From NCBI GenBank assembly GCA_963713975.1, contig OY970218.1, positions 2,272,001 to 2,336,000 on the forward strand: a DNA stretch of 64,000 nt, given 5' to 3'. The translations under genes and the position numbers were made by a program. Below are positions 18,826 through 28,226 of the stretch, one piece after another. Each line of letters begins with the position of its first letter. The first letter of the stretch is position 1. This DNA is from an uncultured Chloroflexia bacterium (lineage in GTDB: Bacteria > Chloroflexota > Limnocylindria > Limnocylindrales > CSP1-4). The notes under the pieces are model-generated. The model was not told the DNA's origin. It was given only the letters and a program-made list of their open reading frames with translations, and did no database searches.

Positions 18826-20184
18826 GTGACCACCCCGCTCCAGGAGCGTCCGCTGCCGGACATCGTGACCGACCTGCCGGGCCCTAAGGCCCGTGCCCAC
18901 ATCGAGTTCGACCACGCCTGGACGAGCCCCAGCCTCCCCCGCGCCTACCCGATCGTTCCCGTCCGTGGCATCGGCTGCGCCATCGAGGACATCGACGGCA
19001 ACGTGTTCCTGGACTTCGCCGCCGGAATCGCGGTGAACTCCACCGGCCACAGCCACCCCGATGTCGTCGCGGCGATCAAGCGCCAGGCCGACGAGCTCCA
19101 GCACTTCTCCGCGAGCGACTTCTACCTGCCGATCTACGCCCAGGCGGCCGCCGAGCTTGCCCGCATCGCGCCCATGGCCGGACCCGCCAGGGTGTTCATC
19201 GGCAACTCCGGCGCCGAGGCGGTTGAGGCAGCCCTCAAGCTCGCCCGGTACCACACCCGCCGCCCCAACTTGATCGCCTTCCTGGGGGCGTTCCACGGCA
19301 GGACGATGGGCGCGGTCAGCCTGACGGCGTCCAAGGCCAAGTACCACGCGCACTTCGGGCCCTTGATGCAGGGCGTCTACCACGTTCCGTACGGGCTCGA
19401 GGGCCTGGACGAGCTCGAGAGCCGGGTCTTCAAGCGCCTGATGCCCGCCGATGAGTTCGCAGCCGTGATCGTGGAGCCGATCCAGGGGGAGGGCGGCTAC
19501 GTCGTTCCCGAGGACGACTTCCTGCCGCGGCTCCGCGAGCTGTGCGATCGGCACGGCATGCTGCTGATCGCGGACGAGATCCAGTCGGGCGCGGGTCGCA
19601 CCGGCAAGATGTGGGCGATCCAGCACTGGGACGTGGAGCCCGACATCCTGCTGACCGCCAAGGGCATCGGCTCGGGCATGCCGGTGGGCGCCATGATCGC
19701 ACGCTCCGACGTGATGAGCTGGGGTCCGGGGGCCCACGGCAGCACCTACGGTGGCAACCCCATCTCCCTGGCCGCGCTGATGGAAACGGTCCGGCTGCTC
19801 GAGGGCGGCCTGATCGCCAACGCCGGCCTGCGGGGCCGCCAGATCCAGGACGGCCTCCGACCGCTGCTGGACGAGTTCCCGGCAATCGTGAAGGACGTCC
19901 GTGGCAAGGGGTTGATGATCGGCATCCAGTTCGACTCGGGCGACACGGCCGAGGCTGTGCAGATGCAGGCGTTCGATCGTGGCCTGCTGGTGCTCGAGGC
20001 CGGCGACGACTGCGTACGGATGTCGCCACCGCTGGTGGTCACCGACGCCGAGGCCACAACCGCCGTGCGGATCTTCGCGGAGGCGGTCGCCCATGTCGCC
20101 GCCCATCGCTCGGAGGACATGCGGGAGGTCGATCTCGAGGTCAGCCAGGGGTTGTCGACACGCGGGATCGAGTCGGCCGGCTGA
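18826..20184 (+). CDS. Class III aminotransferase (GABA/ornithine omega-aminotransferase-like)
   Basis: FLDFAAGIAV, SGAEAVEAALK, FHGRT, EPIQGEGG, DEIQSGAGRTG, AKGIGSG. Confidence 0.9.
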   Translation: MTTPLQERPLPDIVTDLPGPKARAHIEFDHAWTSPSLPRAYPIVPVRGIGCAIEDIDGNVFLDFAAGIAVNSTGHSHPDVVAAIKRQADELQHFSASDFYLPIYAQAAAELARIAPMAGPARVFIGNSGAEAVEAALKLARYHTRRPNLIAFLGAFHGRTMGAVSLTASKAKYHAHFGPLMQGVYHVPYGLEGLDELESRVFKRLMPADEFAAVIVEPIQGEGGYVVPEDDFLPRLRELCDRHGMLLIADEIQSGAGRTGKMWAIQHWDVEPDILLTAKGIGSGMPVGAMIARSDVMSWGPGAHGSTYGGNPISLAALMETVRLLEGGLIANAGLRGRQIQDGLRPLLDEFPAIVKDVRGKGLMIGIQFDSGDTAEAVQMQAFDRGLLVLEAGDDCVRMSPPLVVTDAEATTAVRIFAEAVAHVAAHRSEDMREVDLEVSQGLSTRGIESAG

Positions 20185-20230
20185 GCCTGGCGGATGACGG
20201 GGACGAGCTGACGACCGGAGGAGGATCGCC

Positions 20231-21157
20231 ATGCCGGGCAAGGTCGCATCGATGCGCGATGCCGTCGCCGGGCTCGTGCGCGACGGCGACACCGTGGCGA
20301 TCGAGGGGTTCACCCACCTCATCGGCTTCTCGGCCGGCCACGAGATCATCCGCCAGCGCAAGCGTGACCTGACCCTCGCCCGCATGACCCCGGACGTCAT
20401 CTACGACCAGATGATCGCCGGCGGCGTCGCCCGCAAGCTGATCTTCTCCTGGCTGGGCAACCCGGGCGTTGGCGGCCTGAACGCCATCCGGCGCCGCATC
20501 GAGCCGGCCTCGGTGGGGGAGGGGACGGCGCTCGAGGTCGAGGAGTACAGCCACTTCGGCATGGTCGCCCGGTACACCGCCGGTGCCTCCAACCTGCCGT
20601 TCATGCCGCTGCGCTCGTACTTCGAGACGGACCTGCCGAAGGCGAACCCGCTCATCCGCGAGATCCGGTCCCCGTACTCGGACGAGGTCGTCTACGCGGT
20701 GCCGCCGCTCACCCCGGACGTGACGGTGATCCACGCCCAGCGGGCAGATGCGAACGGCAACACCCAGATCTGGGGCCTGCTGGGCTGCCAGAAGGAAGCC
20801 GCGTTCGCCGCCGATCGCGTCATCGTCGTGGTCGAGGAGCTGGTCGAGGAGGCGGTCATCCGGGCGGACCCCAACCGCACGGTGATCCCGGGGCTGATCG
20901 TCGACGCCGTGGTGGTGGACCCGTTCGGTGCGCACCCGAGCTACGTCCAGGGCGCCTACGACCGTGACAACCGCTTCTATCTCGACTGGGATCCGATCAG
21001 CCGGGACGAGGAGAGGACCCAGGCCTGGCTCCGCGAGTGGGTCTACGACCTGTCGGACCGGTCCGCCTATGTCCAGAAGATGGGTGCCGAGCGCTGGGCC
21101 GGCCTCAAGCCCGGCAGCGCCCCGTCGGGCTCCGTCGACTACGGTGCCTACCGATGA
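20231..21157 (+). CDS. CoA-transferase subunit A (GctA/CatI-like)
   Basis: EGFTHLIGFSAGHEIIRQ, SWLGNPGVG, HAQRADANGN. Confidence 0.88.
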   Translation: MPGKVASMRDAVAGLVRDGDTVAIEGFTHLIGFSAGHEIIRQRKRDLTLARMTPDVIYDQMIAGGVARKLIFSWLGNPGVGGLNAIRRRIEPASVGEGTALEVEEYSHFGMVARYTAGASNLPFMPLRSYFETDLPKANPLIREIRSPYSDEVVYAVPPLTPDVTVIHAQRADANGNTQIWGLLGCQKEAAFAADRVIVVVEELVEEAVIRADPNRTVIPGLIVDAVVVDPFGAHPSYVQGAYDRDNRFYLDWDPISRDEERTQAWLREWVYDLSDRSAYVQKMGAERWAGLKPGSAPSGSVDYGAYR

Positions 21158-21948
21158 CGGGCACGTCGGCCCCCAGCCTCGGCTTCTCGAAGTCCGAGAT
21201 GATGATCGTCGCCGCCGCGCGCGAGCTCGAGGGACAGCACGTCTGCTTCGTCGGGGTAGGGCTGCCCAACATCGCGGTCAACCTCGCCAAGCGCACGGTT
21301 GCCCTCGACATGGAGCTGGTGTACGAGGCGGGCGTCTTCGGCGCCCGTCCGGCCCGGCTGCCGCTCTCCATCGGAGATCCCACCATCGTGACCGGCGCCA
21401 CCGCGGTGGTCTCCATGTTCGAGCTGTTCTCGTTCTACCTGCAGCGGGGCCTGATCGACGTGGGCTTCCTGGGGGCCGCCCAGATCGACAGGTTCGGCAA
21501 CATCAACACCACGGTGATCGGGGACTACGAGCACCCGAAGACGCGGTTGCCGGGGTCCGGCGGTGCCTGCGAGATCGCGATCAACGCCCGGCAGGTGTTC
21601 GTGATCATGCGCCAATCGTCCCGGTCGTTCGTCGAGCAGATCGACTTCCGCACCTCGCCCGGCAATCTCGGCGGCGCCGAGCAGGCGGAGCGGATCCGCA
21701 AGGCCGGCGGCTGGAAGGGGCGAGGCCCGTCGGTCGTCGTCACGGACCTCGGGATCTGGCACTTCGACGAGACCGGCGAGATGCGCCTGGACTTCCTCCA
21801 CCCCGGCGCCACCCTGGAAGAGGTCCGCGCCACGATCGCGTGGGAGCCGAAGATCAGCCCGGAGCTGCGGGCGACGCCCGCCCCGACGGCGGAGGAGCTG
21901 CGCCTCGTCCGCGAGGAGCTGGATCCCGAGGGCGTCTACACCAAGTAG
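21154..21948 (+). CDS. CoA-transferase subunit B (GctB/CatJ-like)
   Basis: FVGVGLP, YEAG, GFLGAAQIDRFGNINTT, RLPGSGGA. Confidence 0.88.
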   Translation: MTGTSAPSLGFSKSEMMIVAAARELEGQHVCFVGVGLPNIAVNLAKRTVALDMELVYEAGVFGARPARLPLSIGDPTIVTGATAVVSMFELFSFYLQRGLIDVGFLGAAQIDRFGNINTTVIGDYEHPKTRLPGSGGACEIAINARQVFVIMRQSSRSFVEQIDFRTSPGNLGGAEQAERIRKAGGWKGRGPSVVVTDLGIWHFDETGEMRLDFLHPGATLEEVRATIAWEPKISPELRATPAPTAEELRLVREELDPEGVYTK

Positions 21949-21968
21949 CGTGGGGAATGGCCTCCCGG

Positions 21969-22340
21969 CTACGCGGCGCGACGGGTCGTGAGCGCGGCGG
22001 CCTCCCAGCGCGTGATCGGCCTGGTCCGACGCCCCGACGCCGGCAGCAGGTGCTCGAGGACGTACTCGACCGTGTCCGCGAAGATGATCTCGGCGTGGGT
22101 CATCGGCAGCCGGAGGACCCCGCACGCCATGCTGGCTGCGCGCCGGTAGCGCCGGAGGGTTGTCCGATCGGGGGCCAGTTCCGATGTGCCGGTCCGGTCG
22201 GCATCGACGGTCATGAGGTCGACGGCAAGGTTCCGGGCTGCAGCCTCGCGATCCCCCTCGTGCAGCGCCAGGTAGCGTCGTTCGAGCTCATCGACCACGG
22301 GGCTCCGACGGGCGAACGGCGTCGTGGGCTGGGCGAACAC
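21969..22340 (-). CDS. Hypothetical protein (about 123 aa)
   Basis: GGAGG RBS before a GTG; helical, protein-like composition; no family recognised. Confidence 0.55.
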   Translation of the reverse strand: MFAQPTTPFARRSPVVDELERRYLALHEGDREAAARNLAVDLMTVDADRTGTSELAPDRTTLRRYRRAASMACGVLRLPMTHAEIIFADTVEYVLEHLLPASGRRTRPITRWEAAALTTRRAA

Positions 22341-22531
22341 GGGTGGATCCTCCGTTGACTGGACGTCGGCCGCAGCGAAGGCCGCCGGGCCGCCGGGCCG
22401 GCGGGACACGTCCGCGGTCGGCCATCCCGAGCATGGCCGCCAACGGACAGCGGGTCATCCGGCCAAGCGTGCAGTCCGATGGTCAGTCGATTGCCGCAAC
22501 GACACGATCCGTCGCCGCCCGACGGAACGGG

Positions 22532-22564
22532 CCGGGCGGGGTCCGGGCGGAGTCCGGGCGGAGT
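22532..22564. repeat. Tandem repeat, 3 x 11 bp (CCGGGCGGRGT)
   Basis: Read directly from the sequence, abutting the stop of the 22564-23340 gene. Confidence 0.8.
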
Positions 22565-23340
22565 CAGACCCCGACGTTCTGGGGCAGGCTGGCGATGACC
22601 ACGAGGCCGATCATGAACACCACGGCGGCCATCGAGATCATCGTCCGGCGCGTGATCGTGCCCTTGAACTTCGTCCCGACGCCGGCGAAGAACAGCACCG
22701 ATGCCATGAGCACGGCGACCAGGATGAAGTTGTCGCCGGTCTGGTTCGCCGCGCGAGCCTCGGCGGCGAGGTCCTCGGCCTGGGTCAACAGCTGATCAGA
22801 CTCCTGCTGCGCGGCGAGCTGGTACTCCGGCATCGAGAAGGGCGAGCCGTCGGGGACGGAGCCCGCCGGGACCGAGCCGAGCCAGGCCTGGAAGGCGGGC
22901 TTGAACTCCGCCCGGAACCGGTCCTCGTAGAAGGCCTTGAGGACGGGTCGTTCGGCGGCGTAGGCGTCCAGCCAGCCAATGAACGTGGCGACATCGACCT
23001 GCCGTTCGGCAAGCGCCGTGTTGGACGCCCGCACCGACTCGGACCGGGTCGCGCCCGCCGCACTGTAGGCGTTTGCCTGGACGCCGCCCCAGCGCGTCGC
23101 CTGGTAGGCCGACCAGGCCGAGGCGATCGTTGCCAGCGCCAGCAGCAGGGTGGCGGCAAGCTCGATCCAGTCGCTCTTGCCAAACCGCTCGGCCATCAGG
23201 TCGGCTCGATCCGCGAGGCTCCGGCTCCCATCCTCGTCGGGCTCGGCCGCCACCTCGCCGACGGGCTCCGGCGCGGGTTCGGCCGCCACCTCGCCGACGG
23301 GCTCCGGCGCAGGTTCGGTTCTGTCGTCAACAGGCGGCAT
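22564..23340 (-). CDS. Hypothetical membrane protein (DUF4337-like)
   Basis: TM-periplasmic-TM-TM layout; ASAWSAYQATRW, SPFSMPEY, ASVLFFAG. Confidence 0.7.
   Translation of the reverse strand: MPPVDDRTEPAPEPVGEVAAEPAPEPVGEVAAEPDEDGSRSLADRADLMAERFGKSDWIELAATLLLALATIASAWSAYQATRWGGVQANAYSAAGATRSESVRASNTALAERQVDVATFIGWLDAYAAERPVLKAFYEDRFRAEFKPAFQAWLGSVPAGSVPDGSPFSMPEYQLAAQQESDQLLTQAEDLAAEARAANQTGDNFILVAVLMASVLFFAGVGTKFKGTITRRTMISMAAVVFMIGLVVIASLPQNVGV
23243..23314. repeat. 36-bp in-frame tandem duplication (EPAPEPVGEVAA x2)
   Basis: Direct repeat in the N-terminal coding region. Confidence 0.85.
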
Positions 23341-23443
23341 CGACCGGGGTCCTCTGGCGTGGTGGGGGGGTTGGCCGGATCATAGCGTGAGCGTTCGGCT
23401 ACAGCGCGACGATCGGTTGTGGGCCCGGAGGCGTGGCGCCGGC

Positions 23444-23962
23444 CTACTGGGCGTCCGACTCCCGGGGCCGGACCACAAGGACGGGACACGAGGCGTTGCG
23501 GACCACGTGCTCCGACACCGAACCGAGGAAGAGCCGTCCCACGGCACCGCGACCATGGCTGCCGACCAGCACCATGTCCACGCGCTCCGCCTCGGCGGCC
23601 TCCACGATCTGGTCACCCGGATCGCCGGTCCAGATCAGGAACGACACGTCGATGCCAAGCCGGCGGCCGCGCTCGACGAGCTCTTGCGCCTGCTGCTCGC
23701 GTCGCTCGCGGACCTGGTCCACGCGGGCTCGGAAGCGGCCCCCGGGCATCAGGAGTGAGCCCGGGTCGATGACCGAGACGATCAGCAGCGCCGCACCCAG
23801 CCGGGACGCCAGCTCGAATGCGTGCTCCGTTGCCGAGGACGAGGCCTCGCTCAGATCGGTCGCCAGGAGCAGCTTCTGCGGGCCGGTCGGCGGCGCGTCA
23901 TCGCGCGAGGGCTCCAGCCGGGGAGCTGTCTCGCGTTGTGATCGCGTCGCCATGACCGTCAT
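23444..23962 (-). CDS. Universal stress protein
   Basis: LLATDLSEAS, GDPGDQI, VGSHGRG, LGSVSEHVVRNASCPVLVV. Confidence 0.92.
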   Translation of the reverse strand: MTVMATRSQRETAPRLEPSRDDAPPTGPQKLLLATDLSEASSSATEHAFELASRLGAALLIVSVIDPGSLLMPGGRFRARVDQVRERREQQAQELVERGRRLGIDVSFLIWTGDPGDQIVEAAEAERVDMVLVGSHGRGAVGRLFLGSVSEHVVRNASCPVLVVRPRESDAQ

Positions 23963-23976
23963 CCGTCCGATCCAGA

Positions 23977-25341
23977 CTAGGCGAGGAGCGACTGGATGAT
24001 CGCGTCCACGTGGGCCTTCTCGGGCACCACCACCAGCGCGGTCACCATGCCGAACATGCCGTCGAGGCCCTCGACGTGGGAGAGGATGTGGCAGTGGAAT
24101 GCCCACAGGCCGACGCGGTCGGCGGTGATGTTCACGTCGTAGCGCTCGCCCGGGTTCACGCCCAGCGTGTCGCAGTAGAACGAGGCGCCCTCGAGCGGGT
24201 ACCCGTCTCGAGCGACGACCTTCATCCGATACCCGTGGCTGTGCCAGGGATGCATCATGAACCCCTCGTTCATGAACCGGATGCGCACCGTCTCACCCTG
24301 CGCCGCCAGCACCGGGACCACCGCCGGAAAGCCGTGCCCGTTGATGGTGAAGCCGCCAAGGGCGTCGTTGGAGATCCAGACGTACTCGCGGTCGTACTTG
24401 TCGTCGGCCGTGGGCTTCTTGGGGTCCACGATCAATGCCCCCAGGAGTCCTCGCCCAACCTGGTCCGTGGCGTTGTGGTGGGAGTGGTACATCAGCGACC
24501 CCGGCCGGGAGGCCACGAAGTTGTAGGCGAACTCCTCGCCGTTGGCGAACGGCTTCTGGTTGAGGAAGGCGACCCCGTCCTCGAAGGAGTCGACGAACTC
24601 CTGCCCGTGGAAGTGGACGGCCGTGGTCTCGTTGAGGTTGTTCCTGAAGATCACGCGGACCTTGTCGCCCTCGGTCACGCGGATCGTGGGTCCCGGCCAC
24701 TGGGCGTTGAAGCCAAGCGCGGCCACTGTCGGCAGCTTCTCGTCGATGGGCCACTCCATCTCATCGACGGTCAGGTTGAAGACCTTGACGTCCCCGTCCA
24801 TCTGGTAGGCAAGCGGGGTGACCGTGTCCGTGATGACGAGGTTGGAGACCTGCGCGAACGCAGGCTTCATCTCGAGCTCCGGGTAGCCTTCGGCGACATC
24901 CAGGATGTCGGCGACCTTCGCGTATGTGGTCTCGCCGAAGACGTCCTTGAAGGCCGGCACGAGGTTGCCCAGGTAGCGACGCACGACCTGGCGGGCGGCG
25001 ATGTCATGCTCCGACCAGCCAGGCGGGATGGCCGCGCCTGCCGGCGCAGAGGCGGACGGCGCAACAGACGGCGCTGCGGTCGGAGCGGCGGTGGCCGGGG
25101 CGGCCGTTGGTGCGGCGGGAGCCTGGGTGGCTGCGGCCGATGCCGCCGGAGCGCCGAAGCTCCATGCGGGGGCGGCGGCGGCGCTGCAGGCGGCGACGCT
25201 GGCTGCGACGCCGGTGAGGCCGGCCACGCCGGCGACGCGCAGGAAGCCACGGCGGCTCAGTGCATTGGCGGCGACGCCGTTCTGATCGGGCTCGACCGGG
25301 GACGGGGCGGGCGGGTTGGGAACGGTGGGCTCCACAGGCAC
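23977..25341 (-). CDS. Tat-exported two-domain multicopper oxidase (small-laccase/type B-like), probable lipoprotein
   Basis: SRRGFL Tat motif, VAAC lipobox, HFHG, YHSH, HPWHSHG, HCHILSH...M. Confidence 0.85.
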   Translation of the reverse strand: MPVEPTVPNPPAPSPVEPDQNGVAANALSRRGFLRVAGVAGLTGVAASVAACSAAAAPAWSFGAPAASAAATQAPAAPTAAPATAAPTAAPSVAPSASAPAGAAIPPGWSEHDIAARQVVRRYLGNLVPAFKDVFGETTYAKVADILDVAEGYPELEMKPAFAQVSNLVITDTVTPLAYQMDGDVKVFNLTVDEMEWPIDEKLPTVAALGFNAQWPGPTIRVTEGDKVRVIFRNNLNETTAVHFHGQEFVDSFEDGVAFLNQKPFANGEEFAYNFVASRPGSLMYHSHHNATDQVGRGLLGALIVDPKKPTADDKYDREYVWISNDALGGFTINGHGFPAVVPVLAAQGETVRIRFMNEGFMMHPWHSHGYRMKVVARDGYPLEGASFYCDTLGVNPGERYDVNITADRVGLWAFHCHILSHVEGLDGMFGMVTALVVVPEKAHVDAIIQSLLA

Positions 25342-25476
25342 GGGCTCTCCGCTGTTGGGGGGATGAAGGATCGAGCCATGGTGGCTGGGCCGCAATGGTA
25401 AACGTAGTGGCCAATGGCCTGATCACCGTGGGCCCGGTGTCCCCGTGGCCGTGCGCGGGCTGGTAGGCTCGCGCCG

Positions 25477-27072
25477 ATGACGCTGCCCGCCCGACCAGTG
25501 CAAGCTCGCCCGGATCCCTTTCCGCTCGTGACGACCCTCGACGCGCTCGAAGGGTGGCGACGCGACCCCTCCGCGGCCGCGCGTGATGCCATCGAGGCGT
25601 CGCTGGCCGGTGTGCTCCTGGTGGCGGGAGCGCGGGGCGCGATCCTCGAGCTCAGCGCCCCTCCCCTCGCTCCGCTCGAGGTTGGGGCAGGCACGCTGGC
25701 CAGGATCCCGCCGCCAGACGAGCGTTCCGCGCTTACCAGCGTTCCGCTCGGGTCCCACGAGGGCCACGAGATGCTCGGGCGCCTGTACCTGGATGCGCCG
25801 GAGGGAGCACTCGAGCCAGTCGTTCGCGGTCTCGAGCTCGTGGTCGACGCCGCCTGGTCCCGTGCCGAGGTCCACGGCCGGGCGGAGCGCCTCGCCGCCC
25901 TCGAGGCCGCCACACGTGCCGTGGCCGCCGAGCTCGACGTCGACCGGGTCTTGGGCGTCATCGTGGACCGGGTCCGCCACCTGGTGGGTGCCCGCTACGC
26001 CGCCATGGGCGTCGCCGACAGCCAGGGTCGCATCGAGCGGTTCATCGCCAGCGGCCTCTCACCCGAGAGTCGGGCGGCCATCGGGTCGGTCCCGCGGGGG
26101 CACGGGCTCCTCGGGGTCATCATCCGCGAAGGCCAGGTCGTGCGGGCCGACGACATCGCCCGCCATCCGACCAGCTATGGCTTCCCGCCGCACCACCCCC
26201 CGATGACCTCGTTCCTGGGCGCGCCCGTCCTCGTCAAGGGTCGATCGGTCGGCAACCTCTACCTCACCGACAAGCCCGATGGGGAGCCGTTCACCGACGA
26301 CGACGAGCACCTCGTGGAGATGTTCGCCGTCCACGCCGGGATCGCCATCGAGAACGCACGTCTCCACGACCAGGTGCAGCGCATGGCGGTGGTGGAGGAG
26401 CGGGAGCGGATCGGCAAGGACCTCCACGACGGGATCATCCAGGCGATCTATGCCGTGGGACTGTCGCTGGAGGACGTTCCGGAGCTCGTCGAGGATGAGG
26501 CCGGCCGGCAGGATGCGGTGGCCCGCGTGGATCGCGCCATCGACGCGCTCAACCTGGTCATCGCGGACATCCGCTCCTACATCCTCCGCCTGCGCCCGAC
26601 CCTGGGGGGCGAGGAGGACCCGGTCGAGGCCCTCGCGCGCCAGGCGGAGGAGCTGGGCATGCACGCGGTCATCGATCTCGAGGTCGATCTCGAGGACGGG
26701 GCGGACATCATGCGAGCGATGCCGCCAGATCGCCACTCGGACCTGCTGTTCATCGTCCGGGAGGCCCTTTCGAACGTTGCCCGCCACGCCAGCGCGACGC
26801 GTGCGGCGCTGCTCCTCACCCTTGAAGGGGACGACCTCGTGCTGTGCGTCGAGGACAATGGCCGCGGCTTCGACCCGGCCCGGGTTCCCGCGCCGGACGC
26901 CCTCGGCCGTCACCAGGGGCTCACCAACATGCGGGACCGGGCCACGGGGATGGGCGGGACGTTCGCCATCGAGCGTCCGGACGGTTCCGGCACGCGTATC
27001 ATCGTTCGCGTACCGGCTCCGACCCGTGCCGGTGCCGGGGAGCGTCCCCCCGCCGCCACCGGAGAGAGCTGA
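25477..27072 (+). CDS. GAF-domain sensor histidine kinase, DosS/DevS-like
   Basis: GFPPHHPPMTSFLGAPV (DosS heme-His region), ERERIGKDLHDGIIQ (HisKA_3), EALSNVARHA, DNGRGF. Confidence 0.9.
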   Translation: MTLPARPVQARPDPFPLVTTLDALEGWRRDPSAAARDAIEASLAGVLLVAGARGAILELSAPPLAPLEVGAGTLARIPPPDERSALTSVPLGSHEGHEMLGRLYLDAPEGALEPVVRGLELVVDAAWSRAEVHGRAERLAALEAATRAVAAELDVDRVLGVIVDRVRHLVGARYAAMGVADSQGRIERFIASGLSPESRAAIGSVPRGHGLLGVIIREGQVVRADDIARHPTSYGFPPHHPPMTSFLGAPVLVKGRSVGNLYLTDKPDGEPFTDDDEHLVEMFAVHAGIAIENARLHDQVQRMAVVEERERIGKDLHDGIIQAIYAVGLSLEDVPELVEDEAGRQDAVARVDRAIDALNLVIADIRSYILRLRPTLGGEEDPVEALARQAEELGMHAVIDLEVDLEDGADIMRAMPPDRHSDLLFIVREALSNVARHASATRAALLLTLEGDDLVLCVEDNGRGFDPARVPAPDALGRHQGLTNMRDRATGMGGTFAIERPDGSGTRIIVRVPAPTRAGAGERPPAATGES

Positions 27073-27074
27073 AC

Positions 27075-27746
27075 GTGACTGATCTCACAACGCGTCCCCT
27101 GCGTCTGCTCGTGGTCGACGACCACGAGGTGGTCCGCCAGGGTCTCGTGGCACTTCTCGACCGCCGTGAGGGGTTCCAGGTCGTGGCCGAGGCCGGCACC
27201 GCGGCCGAGTCGATCGAGCAGGCCCGCCGGTTCCAGCCCGACATCGTCGTCATGGACGTGCGTCTCCCGGATGGCTCAGGGATCGAGGCCTGTCGCGAGA
27301 TCCGGGCGGAGCTGCCGGGCACCCGCGTCGTCATGCTGACCTCGTACCCGGACGAGGAAGCGGTCCTGTCCGCCATCGTCGCCGGCGCGTCGGGCTACCT
27401 GCTCAAGCAGATCCGCGCGCGGGACCTGGTCGCAGCCCTTGAGTCAGTGGGGCGCGGCGAGTCGCTGCTCGACCCGGCGGTCACCGAGAAGGTCCTCGAA
27501 CGCGTCCGCAGGATCGCCACAGGTGCCTACACGGACGAGATGGCCCAGCTCACCGCCCAGGAGCAGCGCATCCTGCTGCTCGTCGCAGAGGGCAAGACCA
27601 ACAAGGAGATCGCCGCCGAGGTCTTCCTGTCGGACAAGACGGTCAAGAACTACGTGAGTTCCATCCTGTCCAAACTCAACCTCGAGCGGCGCGCCCAGGC
27701 GGCGGCATTCGTCGCCAAGCACCGTCTCGATCGCGGCGGCGCGTAG
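27075..27746 (+). CDS. NarL/LuxR response regulator, DosR/DevR-like
   Basis: VDDHEVVRQGL, DVRLPDGSGIEACREI, KTVKNYVSSILSKL. Confidence 0.92.
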   Translation: MTDLTTRPLRLLVVDDHEVVRQGLVALLDRREGFQVVAEAGTAAESIEQARRFQPDIVVMDVRLPDGSGIEACREIRAELPGTRVVMLTSYPDEEAVLSAIVAGASGYLLKQIRARDLVAALESVGRGESLLDPAVTEKVLERVRRIATGAYTDEMAQLTAQEQRILLLVAEGKTNKEIAAEVFLSDKTVKNYVSSILSKLNLERRAQAAAFVAKHRLDRGGA

Positions 27747-27788
27747 CCCCGCCGTTCCTCCCGGTCCGCACACGCCTCGTCAGACCCG

Positions 27789-28148
27789 GTGGAGGACGAC
27801 CTCGTCTCCTGGGGCAGGGTGCTGCGCATCGAGACGCGTGGTCGCGTGTCCGGTCGTCCCGCGTCGGCCGTCGTCGGGTTCGTGGAGCGTGATCAGTCCA
27901 CGCTCGTCGTCGCCGCAGGATCGCCGGGCGCCGATTGGGCGCTCAACCTGCTGGTCGACCCTGCCTGCCGGATCACCATCGGCGACGTCGTGACAGAGGC
28001 CGTTGCCCGCGAGCTCACTGGCGCCGGGCACGCCGCCGCGGTCCGCGACCTGATCCTCAAGTACGGCACCCCGGCCGAGGGTCTCGGCGCCGGTCCCTCG
28101 TTCGAGCTGCTCCCCGTTCCGCCTGAGGGACACGGGCGCTCCGCCTGA
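27789..28148 (+). CDS. Deazaflavin-dependent nitroreductase/DDN-like protein
   Basis: ETRGRVSGRP and DWALNL motifs. Confidence 0.7.
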   Translation: MEDDLVSWGRVLRIETRGRVSGRPASAVVGFVERDQSTLVVAAGSPGADWALNLLVDPACRITIGDVVTEAVARELTGAGHAAAVRDLILKYGTPAEGLGAGPSFELLPVPPEGHGRSA

Positions 28149-28226
28149 GCGACAGGGGCGATCCGGCTCGGGGCGACGGGCCATCCGGCCGGACGAACGT
28201 CCGCGTCACCTGCCTAGACTCCGGGC

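Noticed and set aside
23977-25341. Copper nitrite reductase NirK
   Set aside because: The T1 Cys is in the C-terminal domain and the His pattern fits a trinuclear-site two-domain MCO
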